The notes under the pieces were generated by a model, which ran no database searches, had not been told where the DNA came from, and worked only from the letters and a program-made list of their open reading frames with translations. A stretch of 24,143 nt of DNA, from assembly GCA_900313125.1 (NCBI GenBank), contig OMPZ01000124.1, positions 1-24,143 of the forward strand. The letters run 5' to 3'. Shown one piece after another: positions 15,623-24,143 of the stretch. Source of the DNA: an uncultured Eubacteriales bacterium (lineage in GTDB: Bacteria > Bacillota > Clostridia > Oscillospirales > Acutalibacteraceae). Position numbers and translations under genes: made by a program. The first letter of the stretch is position 1. Each line of letters begins with the position of its first letter.

Positions 15623-16568
15623 GTGGGTACTCGGCATCGACACGAGCAACTACACGACCTCGGCGGCTCTTTTAGAGCTTGAGACCGGCAGAGTCGTCCA
15701 CAAAAGGAAGCTGCTGCCGGTAGCGCAGGGCGGCAGAGGGCTAAGACAGAGCGACGCCGCTTTTCACCACACCGCGCAGCTTTACCGCGTGATAGGCGAG
15801 ATGTACGGCGAGCTCGGCTTTACGCCCGAGATAGCCGCGGTAGGAGTGTCGGCAAGACCGCGCGACGCCGAAGGCTCGTATATGCCGTGCTTTACGGTCG
15901 GCGTCAATACGGCGTATTCCATAGCGTCCGTGCTTGGCGTTCCCGTTTATGAGTTTTCTCACCAGGCGGGTCACATCGCGGCGGCAGTTTACTCGTCGGG
16001 TCACAGCGAGCTTTACGAAAAGCCGTTTGCCGCTTTTCACGTTTCGGGCGGCACGACCGAAGCTGTTCTCGTCACGCCCGATGACGAGCATATTTTCAAA
16101 GCCGAGATCGTCGGGAAAACGCTCGACCTTCACGCGGGTCAGGCGGTAGACCGTGTCGGCGTAAAACTGGGTCTGTCCTTCCCGTGCGGCGCGCAGCTTG
16201 AAAAGCTCGCGCTTTCGTGCGATAAAAAAGTAAACGTCAGGGTCTGCGTAAAGGGCAGCGACTGCTGCCTTTCGGGTATCGAGAATATATGCTCGAAAAT
16301 GGCGGAAAATAATATTGACCGCTCCGAGATCGCGCTGACCTGCCTGATGTTTATAGAAAAAACTCTCGAAAAAATGTGTGAGAACATTTTAGATAAATAC
16401 GGCAGCCTGCCGGTAATATTTGCAGGCGGCGTTATGTCCGACAGCATCATCAGAGACGCGCTCAAAGCGCGCTTTGACTGTCTGTTCGCGTCCGCCGAGC
16501 TTTCGAGCGACAACGCCTGCGGAACGGCTGTACTCACGGCTCGCAAACTAAAGGAGTTGACAAAATGA
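15612..16568 (+). CDS. TsaD/Kae1-like ASKHA protein (peptidase M22 family paralogue)
   Basis: LGIDTSNYTTS, AAFHH, HQAGH, VSGGTT, TLDLHAGQAVDR, GGV, SDNA. Family is clear; orthology to canonical tsaD is not established. Confidence 0.85.
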   Translation: MSSKWVLGIDTSNYTTSAALLELETGRVVHKRKLLPVAQGGRGLRQSDAAFHHTAQLYRVIGEMYGELGFTPEIAAVGVSARPRDAEGSYMPCFTVGVNTAYSIASVLGVPVYEFSHQAGHIAAAVYSSGHSELYEKPFAAFHVSGGTTEAVLVTPDDEHIFKAEIVGKTLDLHAGQAVDRVGVKLGLSFPCGAQLEKLALSCDKKVNVRVCVKGSDCCLSGIENICSKMAENNIDRSEIALTCLMFIEKTLEKMCENILDKYGSLPVIFAGGVMSDSIIRDALKARFDCLFASAELSSDNACGTAVLTARKLKELTK

Positions 16569-17776
16569 CGGCAAATGTCCTGACCGTTTCTCAGGTCAAC
16601 AGCTACGTCAAGCAGATACTTGACGGCGATAAAAACATTAAAAATATTTTCGTAAGCGGAGAGATATCAAACTTCAAGGGGCACTACTCCTCGGGGCATT
16701 GGTATTTTTCTCTGAAGGACAGTAAAAGCACCATCAGCGCGGTAATGTTTGCCGGCAATGCGTCAAGAGTCCGCTTCAAGCCCGAGGACGGAATGAAGGT
16801 CATCGTTTCCGGCAGAGTGTCTCTCTACGAGGTCACGGGGCAGTATCAGTTTTACATCGAAAGTATGCAGCCCGACGGCAAGGGCGCGATCGCGCTCGCG
16901 TATGAGCAGCTCAAAAACAAGCTCGAAGCAAAGGGCGTTTTCGACGTAAGCCACAAAAGACCGATCCCGCTCATGCCGCGAAGGATAGGCGTTATAACCT
17001 CGGCTACGGGTGCCGTTATCGAGGACATCAAAAAGGTAGTCTCGCGCCGCTGTCCTTTAACGGAGATCTACCTTTATCCCTCCGCCGTTCAGGGCGAAGG
17101 CGCAGCCGAGCAGCTTACGAACGGAGTAAAGTATTTCAACAGACAGAAAAACGTTGACGTTATCATCATAGGCAGGGGCGGCGGCTCGTTCGAGGATCTC
17201 TACTGCTTCAACAACGAAATGCTGATCTGGGCTATCTACGATTCCGTCATACCGATAATCTCGGCGGTGGGTCATCAGACCGACGTTACCCTCTGCGATT
17301 TCGCGGCGGACAAGCGCGCGGCAACGCCCACGGAAGCGGCTGAATTTGCCGTGCCTGACAAAGCGGAGCTTGAAAAGGGCATCGACATACTGTTTGATTA
17401 TATGAAGTCAAAGGTAAGCGACATTATTTCCGTGTCGTATCAGGATATAGACAGGCTAAACGACTCTATCTCCTCGCTCCACCCGGAAAAATATATCGAA
17501 AACGAGCTGTTATCGGTAAAGCTCGCGGCGTCGCGGATAGATTCCGCCGCCGAAAATATGCTCGCCATAGAACAGGCGCGTATAGACGCACTTGCGAACA
17601 ATCTCAACGCGCTCAGCCCCGTGCGGCTTTTGCAGAAGGGCTATTCCGTTACGACGAAAAAGAAGAAATGTATAACCTCAGTCGATTCGCTAAAGGCGGG
17701 GGACAAGATAGATGTGCGCTTTGCAGACGGCAGCGCGGAATGTATCGTTAATAAAACAAACAAGCTTGGAGGCTAA
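16565..17776 (+). CDS. xseA: Exodeoxyribonuclease VII large subunit
   Basis: GEISNF, SGHWYFSLKD, IGVITS.TGAVIED, GRGGGSFEDL, SAVGHQTD, RAATPT. Confidence 0.96.
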   Translation: MTANVLTVSQVNSYVKQILDGDKNIKNIFVSGEISNFKGHYSSGHWYFSLKDSKSTISAVMFAGNASRVRFKPEDGMKVIVSGRVSLYEVTGQYQFYIESMQPDGKGAIALAYEQLKNKLEAKGVFDVSHKRPIPLMPRRIGVITSATGAVIEDIKKVVSRRCPLTEIYLYPSAVQGEGAAEQLTNGVKYFNRQKNVDVIIIGRGGGSFEDLYCFNNEMLIWAIYDSVIPIISAVGHQTDVTLCDFAADKRAATPTEAAEFAVPDKAELEKGIDILFDYMKSKVSDIISVSYQDIDRLNDSISSLHPEKYIENELLSVKLAASRIDSAAENMLAIEQARIDALANNLNALSPVRLLQKGYSVTTKKKKCITSVDSLKAGDKIDVRFADGSAECIVNKTNKLGG

Positions 17777-17781
17777 AGGCA

Positions 17782-18003
17782 ATGAGCAGCAACAAAACGG
17801 AATTTGAAACATATACCGAAGCGAAGCTCCGTCTTGAAGAGATCGCAAAGGCGCTCGAAGAGAAGAGCATAACGCTCGAAAGATCAATGGAGCTTTACGA
17901 AGAGGGCGCAAAGCTCGTCAAGCTCTGCTACGAAAAGCTTGACAGCGCAAAGCTGAGATTCACTCAGATCAACGATGAGCGGCAGGTGGCGTCGGATGAA
18001 TAA
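17782..18003 (+). CDS. xseB: Exodeoxyribonuclease VII small subunit
   Basis: LEEIAKALE...TLERSMELYEEG.KL...C...L pattern directly after xseA. Confidence 0.92.
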   Translation: MSSNKTEFETYTEAKLRLEEIAKALEEKSITLERSMELYEEGAKLVKLCYEKLDSAKLRFTQINDERQVASDE

Positions 18004-18868
18004 CAAGTACCTTCCGCTTATCGAGGAAAGCCTGAAAACCTTTCTCCCCGATGAGAACTGCCGCGAAAGCAGCGTTATACGTTCGATGAGCTACAGTCTG
18101 CTCGCGGAAGGTAAAAGACTTCGCCCGACACTTACGCTTGCGTTTTGCGAAATGCTCGGCGGCAGCGTTTCGGCGGCAATGCCGTATGCCTGCGCCGTTG
18201 AGATGATACACGCGTATTCGCTCATACACGACGACCTCCCCTGCATGGACGACGACGACCTTCGCAGAGGGCGCCCATCGAATCATATCGTTTTCGGAGA
18301 GGACATCGCCCTGCTTGCGGGCGACGCCCTTCAGTCGCTTGCGTTTGACGTTATGCTGTCAGAAAGTGCGCTTACGGAAAACGGCGCAAACGGCGCGAAG
18401 GCGGCAGGGATACTTGCCCGCGCCTGCGGCGCTGTCGGCATGGTGGGCGGTCAGGTGATAGATCTCGAAACGGAGGGCAAGGACCCCGACCTCGACACCA
18501 TCACCGAGATGTACGCAAAGAAAACGGGCGCGCTTATCAAGGCTGCGTGCCTTATGGGAGCCGTGCTTGCAGGCGCGGACGAGACTGCGCTCGCAGCCGC
18601 CGAGACGTATGCCGAAAAGATCGGTCTTGCGTTCCAGATCGTCGATGATATCCTCGACATAGAATCCGATACGGCGACGCTCGGCAAGCCCGTCGGCAGC
18701 GACGAAGAAAACGAAAAGGTCAATTACGTTACAAAGGTCGGCGCAGACGCCGGCAGAGAGCTTGTTTCCAAGCTGACAGACGAGGCTCTGAGCGCGCTCG
18801 ACGCCGTTTCGGCAGATACCGCATTTTTAAAGGAGCTCGCGGTCGGTCTTTCGCACCGCGTGAAGTAA
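17996..18868 (+). CDS. ispA: Polyprenyl (farnesyl/geranylgeranyl) diphosphate synthase
   Basis: GKRLRP, HAYSLIHDDLPCMDDDDLRRG, GQVID, KKTG, FQIVDDILD. Start ATG 17996. Confidence 0.95.
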   Translation: MNNKYLPLIEESLKTFLPDENCRESSVIRSMSYSLLAEGKRLRPTLTLAFCEMLGGSVSAAMPYACAVEMIHAYSLIHDDLPCMDDDDLRRGRPSNHIVFGEDIALLAGDALQSLAFDVMLSESALTENGANGAKAAGILARACGAVGMVGGQVIDLETEGKDPDLDTITEMYAKKTGALIKAACLMGAVLAGADETALAAAETYAEKIGLAFQIVDDILDIESDTATLGKPVGSDEENEKVNYVTKVGADAGRELVSKLTDEALSALDAVSADTAFLKELAVGLSHRVK

Positions 18869-18920
18869 ACGGGCGCAAAGCGCCGATCATTCTCAGGAAA
18901 TTCGGAAGGAATGAAAACTT

Positions 18921-20777
18921 TTGGAGAATAGCCGGTATAAATATCTTGACAAAATAGATTCGCCTGCCGATCTGAAAAAGCTTTCGATAGACGAGCTTTA
19001 TATACTGTGCGATGAGATACGCGATATGCTGATAAAGACCGTGTCGCAAAACGGCGGTCATCTTTCGCCGAACCTCGGAACGGTCGAGCTGACCGTCGCC
19101 ATGCACTACGTCTACGATCTCCCGAAGGACTCGATCGTCTGGGACGTAGGACATCAGGCGTATACGCACAAGATACTCACGGGCAGGCGCGACCGTATGT
19201 CTACGATACGTCAGAAGGGCGGTCTGTCCGGCTTTCCTAAGCGTTCGGAGAGCAAGTACGACGCCTTCAACGTCGGTCACAGCAGCACGTCTATATCTGC
19301 TGCATACGGCATTGCGCGCGCAAAGGCGCTCAAGGGCGATAATTCCCGTACCGTCGCTGTGATCGGCGACGGTGCTTTAACGGGCGGACTTGCCTACGAG
19401 GGTCTTAACAACGCGGGACGTTCGCCGAAAAATTTCACGATAATTCTCAACGACAATAAAATGTCGATCTCAAAAAACGTCGGGTCAATGGCAAAGTACC
19501 TCACACACATCAGGATAACGCCCGGCTATATAAAGGTAAAGAAGGCTGTGGAGAAGGTGCTTCTCCACACTCCCCTGATAGGCAATCCGATACGCAGTCT
19601 GCTTTTGAACTCTAAATCAAAGCTGAGGATCTCAGTTTACAGAAACACTATATTTGAAGATCTCGGCTTTGTGTATTACGGTCCTGTAGACGGTCACGAT
19701 ATCAGAAAGCTTATCCACGCCTTGAACGCGTCTAAAAACGTGACTCAGGGCGTTCTTATCCATGTCATTACAAAAAAGGGCAAGGGCTACAGCTTTGCCG
19801 AAAACGACCCGAAGTCATACCACGGCGTCGGCAAATTCGACATCGACACGGGCGAGCCGCTCTCCTCGCGAAAGGGCTACTCGGCGCGCTTCGGTGAGAT
19901 AATGTGCGATTTCGCCGGAAAGGACGAAAAGCTGTGCGCCATAACGGCTGCCATGCAGTCGGGTACGGGACTCAGCGGCTTTGCGAGAAAGTATCGCGAG
20001 CGTTTCTTCGACGTAGGCATCGCCGAAGAGCACGCCGTGACGTTTGCTTCGGGAATGGCGGCGCAGGGCATGATACCCGTGTTCGCCGTATATTCCTCGT
20101 TTTTGCAGAGAAGCTACGACCAGCTTATCCACGACGCGGCGGCGCAGGATCTCCACATCGTTCTCGGAGTTGACCGCGCAGGCATCGTCGGCGACGACGG
20201 CGAAACGCATCAGGGCGTTTTCGATGTTGCCATGCTCAACTCGATACCGAACGCTACGGTCTATTCGCCGTGCTATTTTGACGAGCTGAAAGCAGATCTC
20301 GACAGGGCTATCTACCACGATACGGGCATTGCCGCTGTCAGATACCCACGCGGCGGCGAGCCGTTCAGACCGCTCGACTACAGAAGCGGCGGAGTCTGTA
20401 CCGTTTACGGCAGCGGAAAGGCGGCTGTCCTCGTGACGTACGGCAGGCTGTTCGCCAATGCCGTCCAGGCGGCTCAGGTGCTCCGCGACAAGGGCACCGA
20501 TATCACGATCGTCAAGCTTGAGCTTATTCGTCCGATACCCGAGGAAGCCGTTGAGACGGCAGCGTCGTTTGACCGCGTATATTTCTTTGAAGAGGGCATC
20601 GAGCAGGGCGGCATAGGAGAGACGTTCTTCATGCGCCTTCGCGATCACGGCTTCAAGGGCAGCTTTGAGCTTACGGGAATAAAGGATAGATTCGTTCCCC
20701 AGTCAACCGTTGACGAAGCGTTTGCAGACCTCGGTCTCGACTGCGCCGGAATGGTCGGCAAGCTTACATGGAACTAA
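18921..20777 (+). CDS. dxs: 1-deoxy-D-xylulose-5-phosphate synthase
   Basis: GGHL..NLG, WDVGHQAY, GHSSTS, GDGALTGG, LNDN, GIAEEHA, DRAG.VG.DG.THQG. TTG start after GAAGGA. Confidence 0.97.
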   Translation: MENSRYKYLDKIDSPADLKKLSIDELYILCDEIRDMLIKTVSQNGGHLSPNLGTVELTVAMHYVYDLPKDSIVWDVGHQAYTHKILTGRRDRMSTIRQKGGLSGFPKRSESKYDAFNVGHSSTSISAAYGIARAKALKGDNSRTVAVIGDGALTGGLAYEGLNNAGRSPKNFTIILNDNKMSISKNVGSMAKYLTHIRITPGYIKVKKAVEKVLLHTPLIGNPIRSLLLNSKSKLRISVYRNTIFEDLGFVYYGPVDGHDIRKLIHALNASKNVTQGVLIHVITKKGKGYSFAENDPKSYHGVGKFDIDTGEPLSSRKGYSARFGEIMCDFAGKDEKLCAITAAMQSGTGLSGFARKYRERFFDVGIAEEHAVTFASGMAAQGMIPVFAVYSSFLQRSYDQLIHDAAAQDLHIVLGVDRAGIVGDDGETHQGVFDVAMLNSIPNATVYSPCYFDELKADLDRAIYHDTGIAAVRYPRGGEPFRPLDYRSGGVCTVYGSGKAAVLVTYGRLFANAVQAAQVLRDKGTDITIVKLELIRPIPEEAVETAASFDRVYFFEEGIEQGGIGETFFMRLRDHGFKGSFELTGIKDRFVPQSTVDEAFADLGLDCAGMVGKLTWN

Positions 20778-20814
20778 ACAATAATTTTTTACGATAAAAT
20801 ACAGAGGTGATCTT

Positions 20815-21633
20815 TTGCCTGCAAAAAAAAGATTGGACGTGCTGCTTTTCGAGAAGGGCTTTGCCGAAAGCCGCGAAAAAGCGAAGGCTATCATCATGTC
20901 CGGCATAGTTTACGCAGATAATCAGAAGGCCGATAAGCCCGGCACGACCTACCCCGAGGACATAAAGCTCGAGGTGCGCGGCAGCACGCTGAAATATGTC
21001 AGCCGCGGCGGTCTCAAGCTTGAAAAAGCGTTAAGTGTTTTTCCTATTGATCTGAACGGCGCTGTCGCTATGGATATCGGCGCGTCGACGGGCGGTTTTA
21101 CCGACTGTATGCTCCAAAACGGCGCGAGAAAGGTCTTTTCTATCGACGTGGGCTACGGTCAGCTTGCGTGGAAGCTGCGTCAGGACGAGCGCGTAGTGAA
21201 TCTCGAGCGCACCAATTTCCGCTATGTAACGGACGAGCAGATCACGGAAACGGTCGATTTTTTCAGCGTGGACGTTTCGTTTATCTCGCTGAAAAAGATA
21301 CTCCCCGTTGCACGCGGCTTTATCCGCGACGGCGGTACTGCGGTCTGCCTTATCAAGCCGCAGTTTGAAGCAGGCAGAGAAAACGTCGGTAAAAACGGCG
21401 TTGTCCGCGACCCTAAGATCCACGAGAACGTTATAAGAGATATCATCGAATTTGCCGCCGCAAACGGGTATTCCGTTCTCGGTCTTGACTTTTCCCCGGT
21501 GAAGGGTCCGGAGGGCAACATCGAGTATCTTCTTTACATATGCAAAAGCGGCGAGACGTCGATCTGCGAAAAGGCGGATCCCGGCGAGGTAGTCAGACTG
21601 TCGCACGAAACGCTCGATACGGTGCAGAAGTAA
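20815..21633 (+). CDS. tlyA: TlyA-family RNA methyltransferase (S4 + FtsJ-like domains)
   Basis: KRLDVLL, YVSRGGLKL, DIGASTGGFTD, DVGYGQL, DVSFISL, LIKPQFE, GPEGNIEY. Confidence 0.95.
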   Translation: MPAKKRLDVLLFEKGFAESREKAKAIIMSGIVYADNQKADKPGTTYPEDIKLEVRGSTLKYVSRGGLKLEKALSVFPIDLNGAVAMDIGASTGGFTDCMLQNGARKVFSIDVGYGQLAWKLRQDERVVNLERTNFRYVTDEQITETVDFFSVDVSFISLKKILPVARGFIRDGGTAVCLIKPQFEAGRENVGKNGVVRDPKIHENVIRDIIEFAAANGYSVLGLDFSPVKGPEGNIEYLLYICKSGETSICEKADPGEVVRLSHETLDTVQK

Positions 21634-21660
21634 CGCACGAGAGACCGGAGGGTCATTCAG

Positions 21661-22518
21661 ATGAAATTGGCTATAATCCCGTACCCGGGGAAAAAGCTCG
21701 CGATCGAATATTCGCGCAGGATAATCAGGCATCTTTCGGAGCTTGACTGCACGTTCGCGATACCGAACGCGTTTCGCGATACGATAAAGTGCGAACGTTC
21801 GGAGTACTTCAACAATACTTTTGAAACTGTCGAGTCAGCCGATATAGCAATTTCGGTCGGCGGCGACGGCACGATAATACACACGGCGAAGGACGCGGCG
21901 CTTCTCGGTAAGCCCGTACTCGGCGTCAACTGCGGCAGAGTCGGCTTCGTAGCCGGGCTCGAGCCGACAGAGCTCGACCTTCTGCCAAAGCTTCTCACGG
22001 GCGACTACACCGTTGACGAGCGCATGATGCTCGAGGTGTCGGTCATACAAAACGGCGAAACGCACAAGGCGTTCGCCCTCAACGACGTAACTGTAACTCA
22101 CGGCGCGGTCTCCAGAATGATAGACCTTGACGTTTATTTAAACGGCGAATTTATAAACGAGTACCGTTCCGACGGCATTATACTTGCCACGCCGACAGGC
22201 TCGACGGCGTATTCGCTTTCGGCGGGCGGCCCCGTTATCGAGCCGCACATGAAATGTATCCTGCTCACGCCGATATGTCCGCATTCGCTTTTCTCGCGCT
22301 CCGTTCTGGTGTCGGACGACTCCGAGCTTTCCATCTACCGCGGGCGCGACAGCCGCGAAAATCCCTTCGTGACGGTCGATGGGCGGCGCTCCGAGCCGAT
22401 AGGCGAAAACGACAGCATCGTTGTGAAAAAAGCCGATATCAGCGCGAGATTCATACAACTCAACAGGAAGAATTTTTACAGGATACTGAACGAAAAGCTT
22501 ATTGAAAGGATGGGCTGA
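21661..22518 (+). CDS. nadK: NAD(+) kinase
   Basis: GGDGT, GVNCGRVGF, LND, DGIILATPTGSTAYSLSAGGP. Confidence 0.95.
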   Translation: MKLAIIPYPGKKLAIEYSRRIIRHLSELDCTFAIPNAFRDTIKCERSEYFNNTFETVESADIAISVGGDGTIIHTAKDAALLGKPVLGVNCGRVGFVAGLEPTELDLLPKLLTGDYTVDERMMLEVSVIQNGETHKAFALNDVTVTHGAVSRMIDLDVYLNGEFINEYRSDGIILATPTGSTAYSLSAGGPVIEPHMKCILLTPICPHSLFSRSVLVSDDSELSIYRGRDSRENPFVTVDGRRSEPIGENDSIVVKKADISARFIQLNRKNFYRILNEKLIERMG

Positions 22519-22519
22519 G

Positions 22520-22972
22520 ATGAAACGAGGCAGACAGGAAAAGCTTCTCAACCTTATACAAACGAAGGATATAAGTACGCAGGACGAGCTGATAGCGGAG
22601 CTTCGTGCCTGCGGCTATAACGTGACACAGGCGACCGTTTCGCGCGACATCAAGGAGCTGCAGCTCGTCAAAACGCTGTCGCGCTCGGGCAAATACTGCT
22701 ACGCGCCGTCGGCTGCGAAGGATTCAGACGTAAACAACAGGCTCCGTTCGCTGCTGTCAACTTCGGTGATAGATATTGACTTTGCGGGAAATCTTGTTAT
22801 AATAAAAACCGAAGCGGGCATGGCGCAGGCTCTCTGCGCCGCGATAGATTCCGCCGAATACGGCGATATCGTAGGCTCGATAGCGGGCGACGACACGATC
22901 TTTCTCGCCGCAAAAACGGTCGATACCGCGTCTGCAACGGCGGCAGGCTTGAAAAAGCTGTCTACTATCTGA
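22520..22972 (+). CDS. argR: Arginine repressor
   Basis: TQDEL...L...G..VTQATVSRDIKEL and GSIAGDDTIF. Start ATG 22520. Confidence 0.95.
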   Translation: MKRGRQEKLLNLIQTKDISTQDELIAELRACGYNVTQATVSRDIKELQLVKTLSRSGKYCYAPSAAKDSDVNNRLRSLLSTSVIDIDFAGNLVIIKTEAGMAQALCAAIDSAEYGDIVGSIAGDDTIFLAAKTVDTASATAAGLKKLSTI

Positions 22973-23012
22973 CAGCAGTGAAGGTATTCGTTAAAGAAAG
23001 CAGGGTGAACAA

Positions 23013-24143
23013 ATGCTGACAAATATCTACATTGAAAACGTTGCCGTTATCGAGAAGGCAAGCATTGACCTCGACGAGGCGTTCAATATCCTCACAGGCG
23101 AAACCGGCGCCGGTAAATCTATAATCATAGACTCGATCAATGCGATAATGGGGCAGAGAATGTCGCGCGACCTGATAAGAACAGGCGCAAAGCAGGCATT
23201 CATCAGCGCGACCTTCTCGAACGTGTCAAAGGCGGCGGAGGAAAAGCTTTCCGAGCTTGGCTTTGACTCTGACGACGGCGAGTATATCCTTCAGCGAACG
23301 ATCACCGCTGCCGGGAAAAACACCTGCCGCATCAACGGGCGTCCTGCCGCGCTTTCGGCATTGCGCGAGGTCAGTATTTTTCTGATAAACATTTACGGTC
23401 AGAACGAGGGCTACGACTTCATGACCGCTGACAGCCATATAAAATATATCGACGCGGTCGGCGGCTATCCCGACCTCATCGAGGATTACAAGGAGAAATA
23501 TTCCGTATACAGCGAGCTGAAACGCCGTCTGAACGCGCTGTCCGACAATATCCAGGACAGAGAGCGGAAGATCGACCTGCTGAAATACCAGATCGACGAG
23601 ATAGACGAAGCCGAGCTTGAGCCGGGCGAGCTTGAACAGCTCGACGCGCGCCGCAAGATACTCGCAAACGGAGAAAAGATAAAGAACGGCGTCGCGATGT
23701 CGTATTCCTACCTTACGGGCGGCGACGACGAGGGCATACTATCGCGTCTTGAGACCGTGGCGGAGGAGCTGTCAGACCTTTCCGCCCTGCACCCCGATCT
23801 TGAGCCGATCGCCGAAAGAATGCAGTCGGCTTACGAGGAGCTGAACGACTGCCACTACGAGCTGCGCGACATTTACGACGACCTCGATTTCGATCCCGAG
23901 GAGATCGAGCAGGTCGAGGATCGCTGGGAGCTTATCAAAACGCTCTCGCGCAAATACGGCGACACGATAGAGGAGATACTTGAGTTCTGCGAAAGATCAC
24001 GCGCCGAGCTTGACGATCTTCTTCAGTACGATATAAACAAAGAAAAAACCGAAGCTGAGTTCAAAAAAGCCGAAGCGGCTTTGAAGAAGTCGGCGGACGC
24101 GCTCTCAAAGGCAAGGGCAAAGGCGGCGGCGGACTTCTCCGCG
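23013..24143 (+). CDS. recN: DNA repair protein RecN, 5' part (truncated by the window end)
   Basis: Translated by hand: MLTNIYIENVAVIE...LTGETGAGKSIII (Walker A), RING, coiled-coil region. Canonical position after argR. Not in the ORF track. Confidence 0.95.
   Translation, partial: MLTNIYIENVAVIEKASIDLDEAFNILTGETGAGKSIIIDSINAIMGQRMSRDLIRTGAKQAFISATFSNVSKAAEEKLSELGFDSDDGEYILQRTITAAGKNTCRINGRPAALSALREVSIFLINIYGQNEGYDFMTADSHIKYIDAVGGYPDLIEDYKEKYSVYSELKRRLNALSDNIQDRERKIDLLKYQIDEIDEAELEPGELEQLDARRKILANGEKIKNGVAMSYSYLTGGDDEGILSRLETVAEELSDLSALHPDLEPIAERMQSAYEELNDCHYELRDIYDDLDFDPEEIEQVEDRWELIKTLSRKYGDTIEEILEFCERSRAELDDLLQYDINKEKTEAEFKKAEAALKKSADALSKARAKAAADFSA

Noticed and set aside
18911-18931. 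Out-of-frame ATG (MKTFGE*) overlapping the dxs TTG start, suggesting a frameshift in the T-run
   Set aside because: TTG 18921 has its own RBS and gives a full-length Dxs, so no frameshift is needed.
19815-20648. 277-aa minus-strand ORF and other short overlapping ORFs in the nusB-recN cluster
   Set aside because: Shadows of well-supported housekeeping genes.
23380-23420. RecN segment reads NIYGQNE where I recall xIHGQH(E/D)
   Set aside because: A local substitution in an otherwise intact frame; probably lineage variation and not assessable without an alignment.
1-24143. tRNA, rRNA, CRISPR array, transposase or prophage genes
   Set aside because: None seen. All long ORFs are explained, and there are no regularly spaced repeats.

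Overview
This 24.1-kb window is mostly core chromosome from a spore-forming Clostridia bacterium. An Oscillospiraceae/Ruminococcus-like origin is inferred from gene content, not proven. Left to right it holds: the 5' end of a small leftward peptide gene; a degenerate J-domain protein; a membrane protein; proC; a spoIIM-like gene with a sigma-E-type promoter; a YesL/DUF624-like protein; a leftward block (PF06541-type membrane protein, 97-aa unknown, phosphoglucomutase); then a long rightward run of a membrane-anchored unknown, cysE, an orphan ABC substrate-binding lipoprotein, an MntR/DtxR regulator, a second PF06541 protein, prfC, intact pro-sigK, and the nusB-(TsaD/Kae1-like)-xseA-xseB-ispA-dxs-tlyA-nadK-argR-recN cluster (recN runs off the right edge). 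I saw no rRNA, tRNA, CRISPR array, transposase or phage gene. The most unusual signals are: (1) a ~205-nt long-hairpin element flanked by 9-bp direct repeats in the nusB leader; (2) a 97-aa stand-alone protein that by eye resembles the C-terminal helices of F1-ATPase alpha; (3) an 18-bp stem that buries the sigK ribosome-binding site; (4) a YxxP-leader small peptide at the left edge; and (5) two copies of a GC-rich REP-like hairpin differing by a compensatory indel. All family assignments are by-eye motif recognition; no database searches were run.
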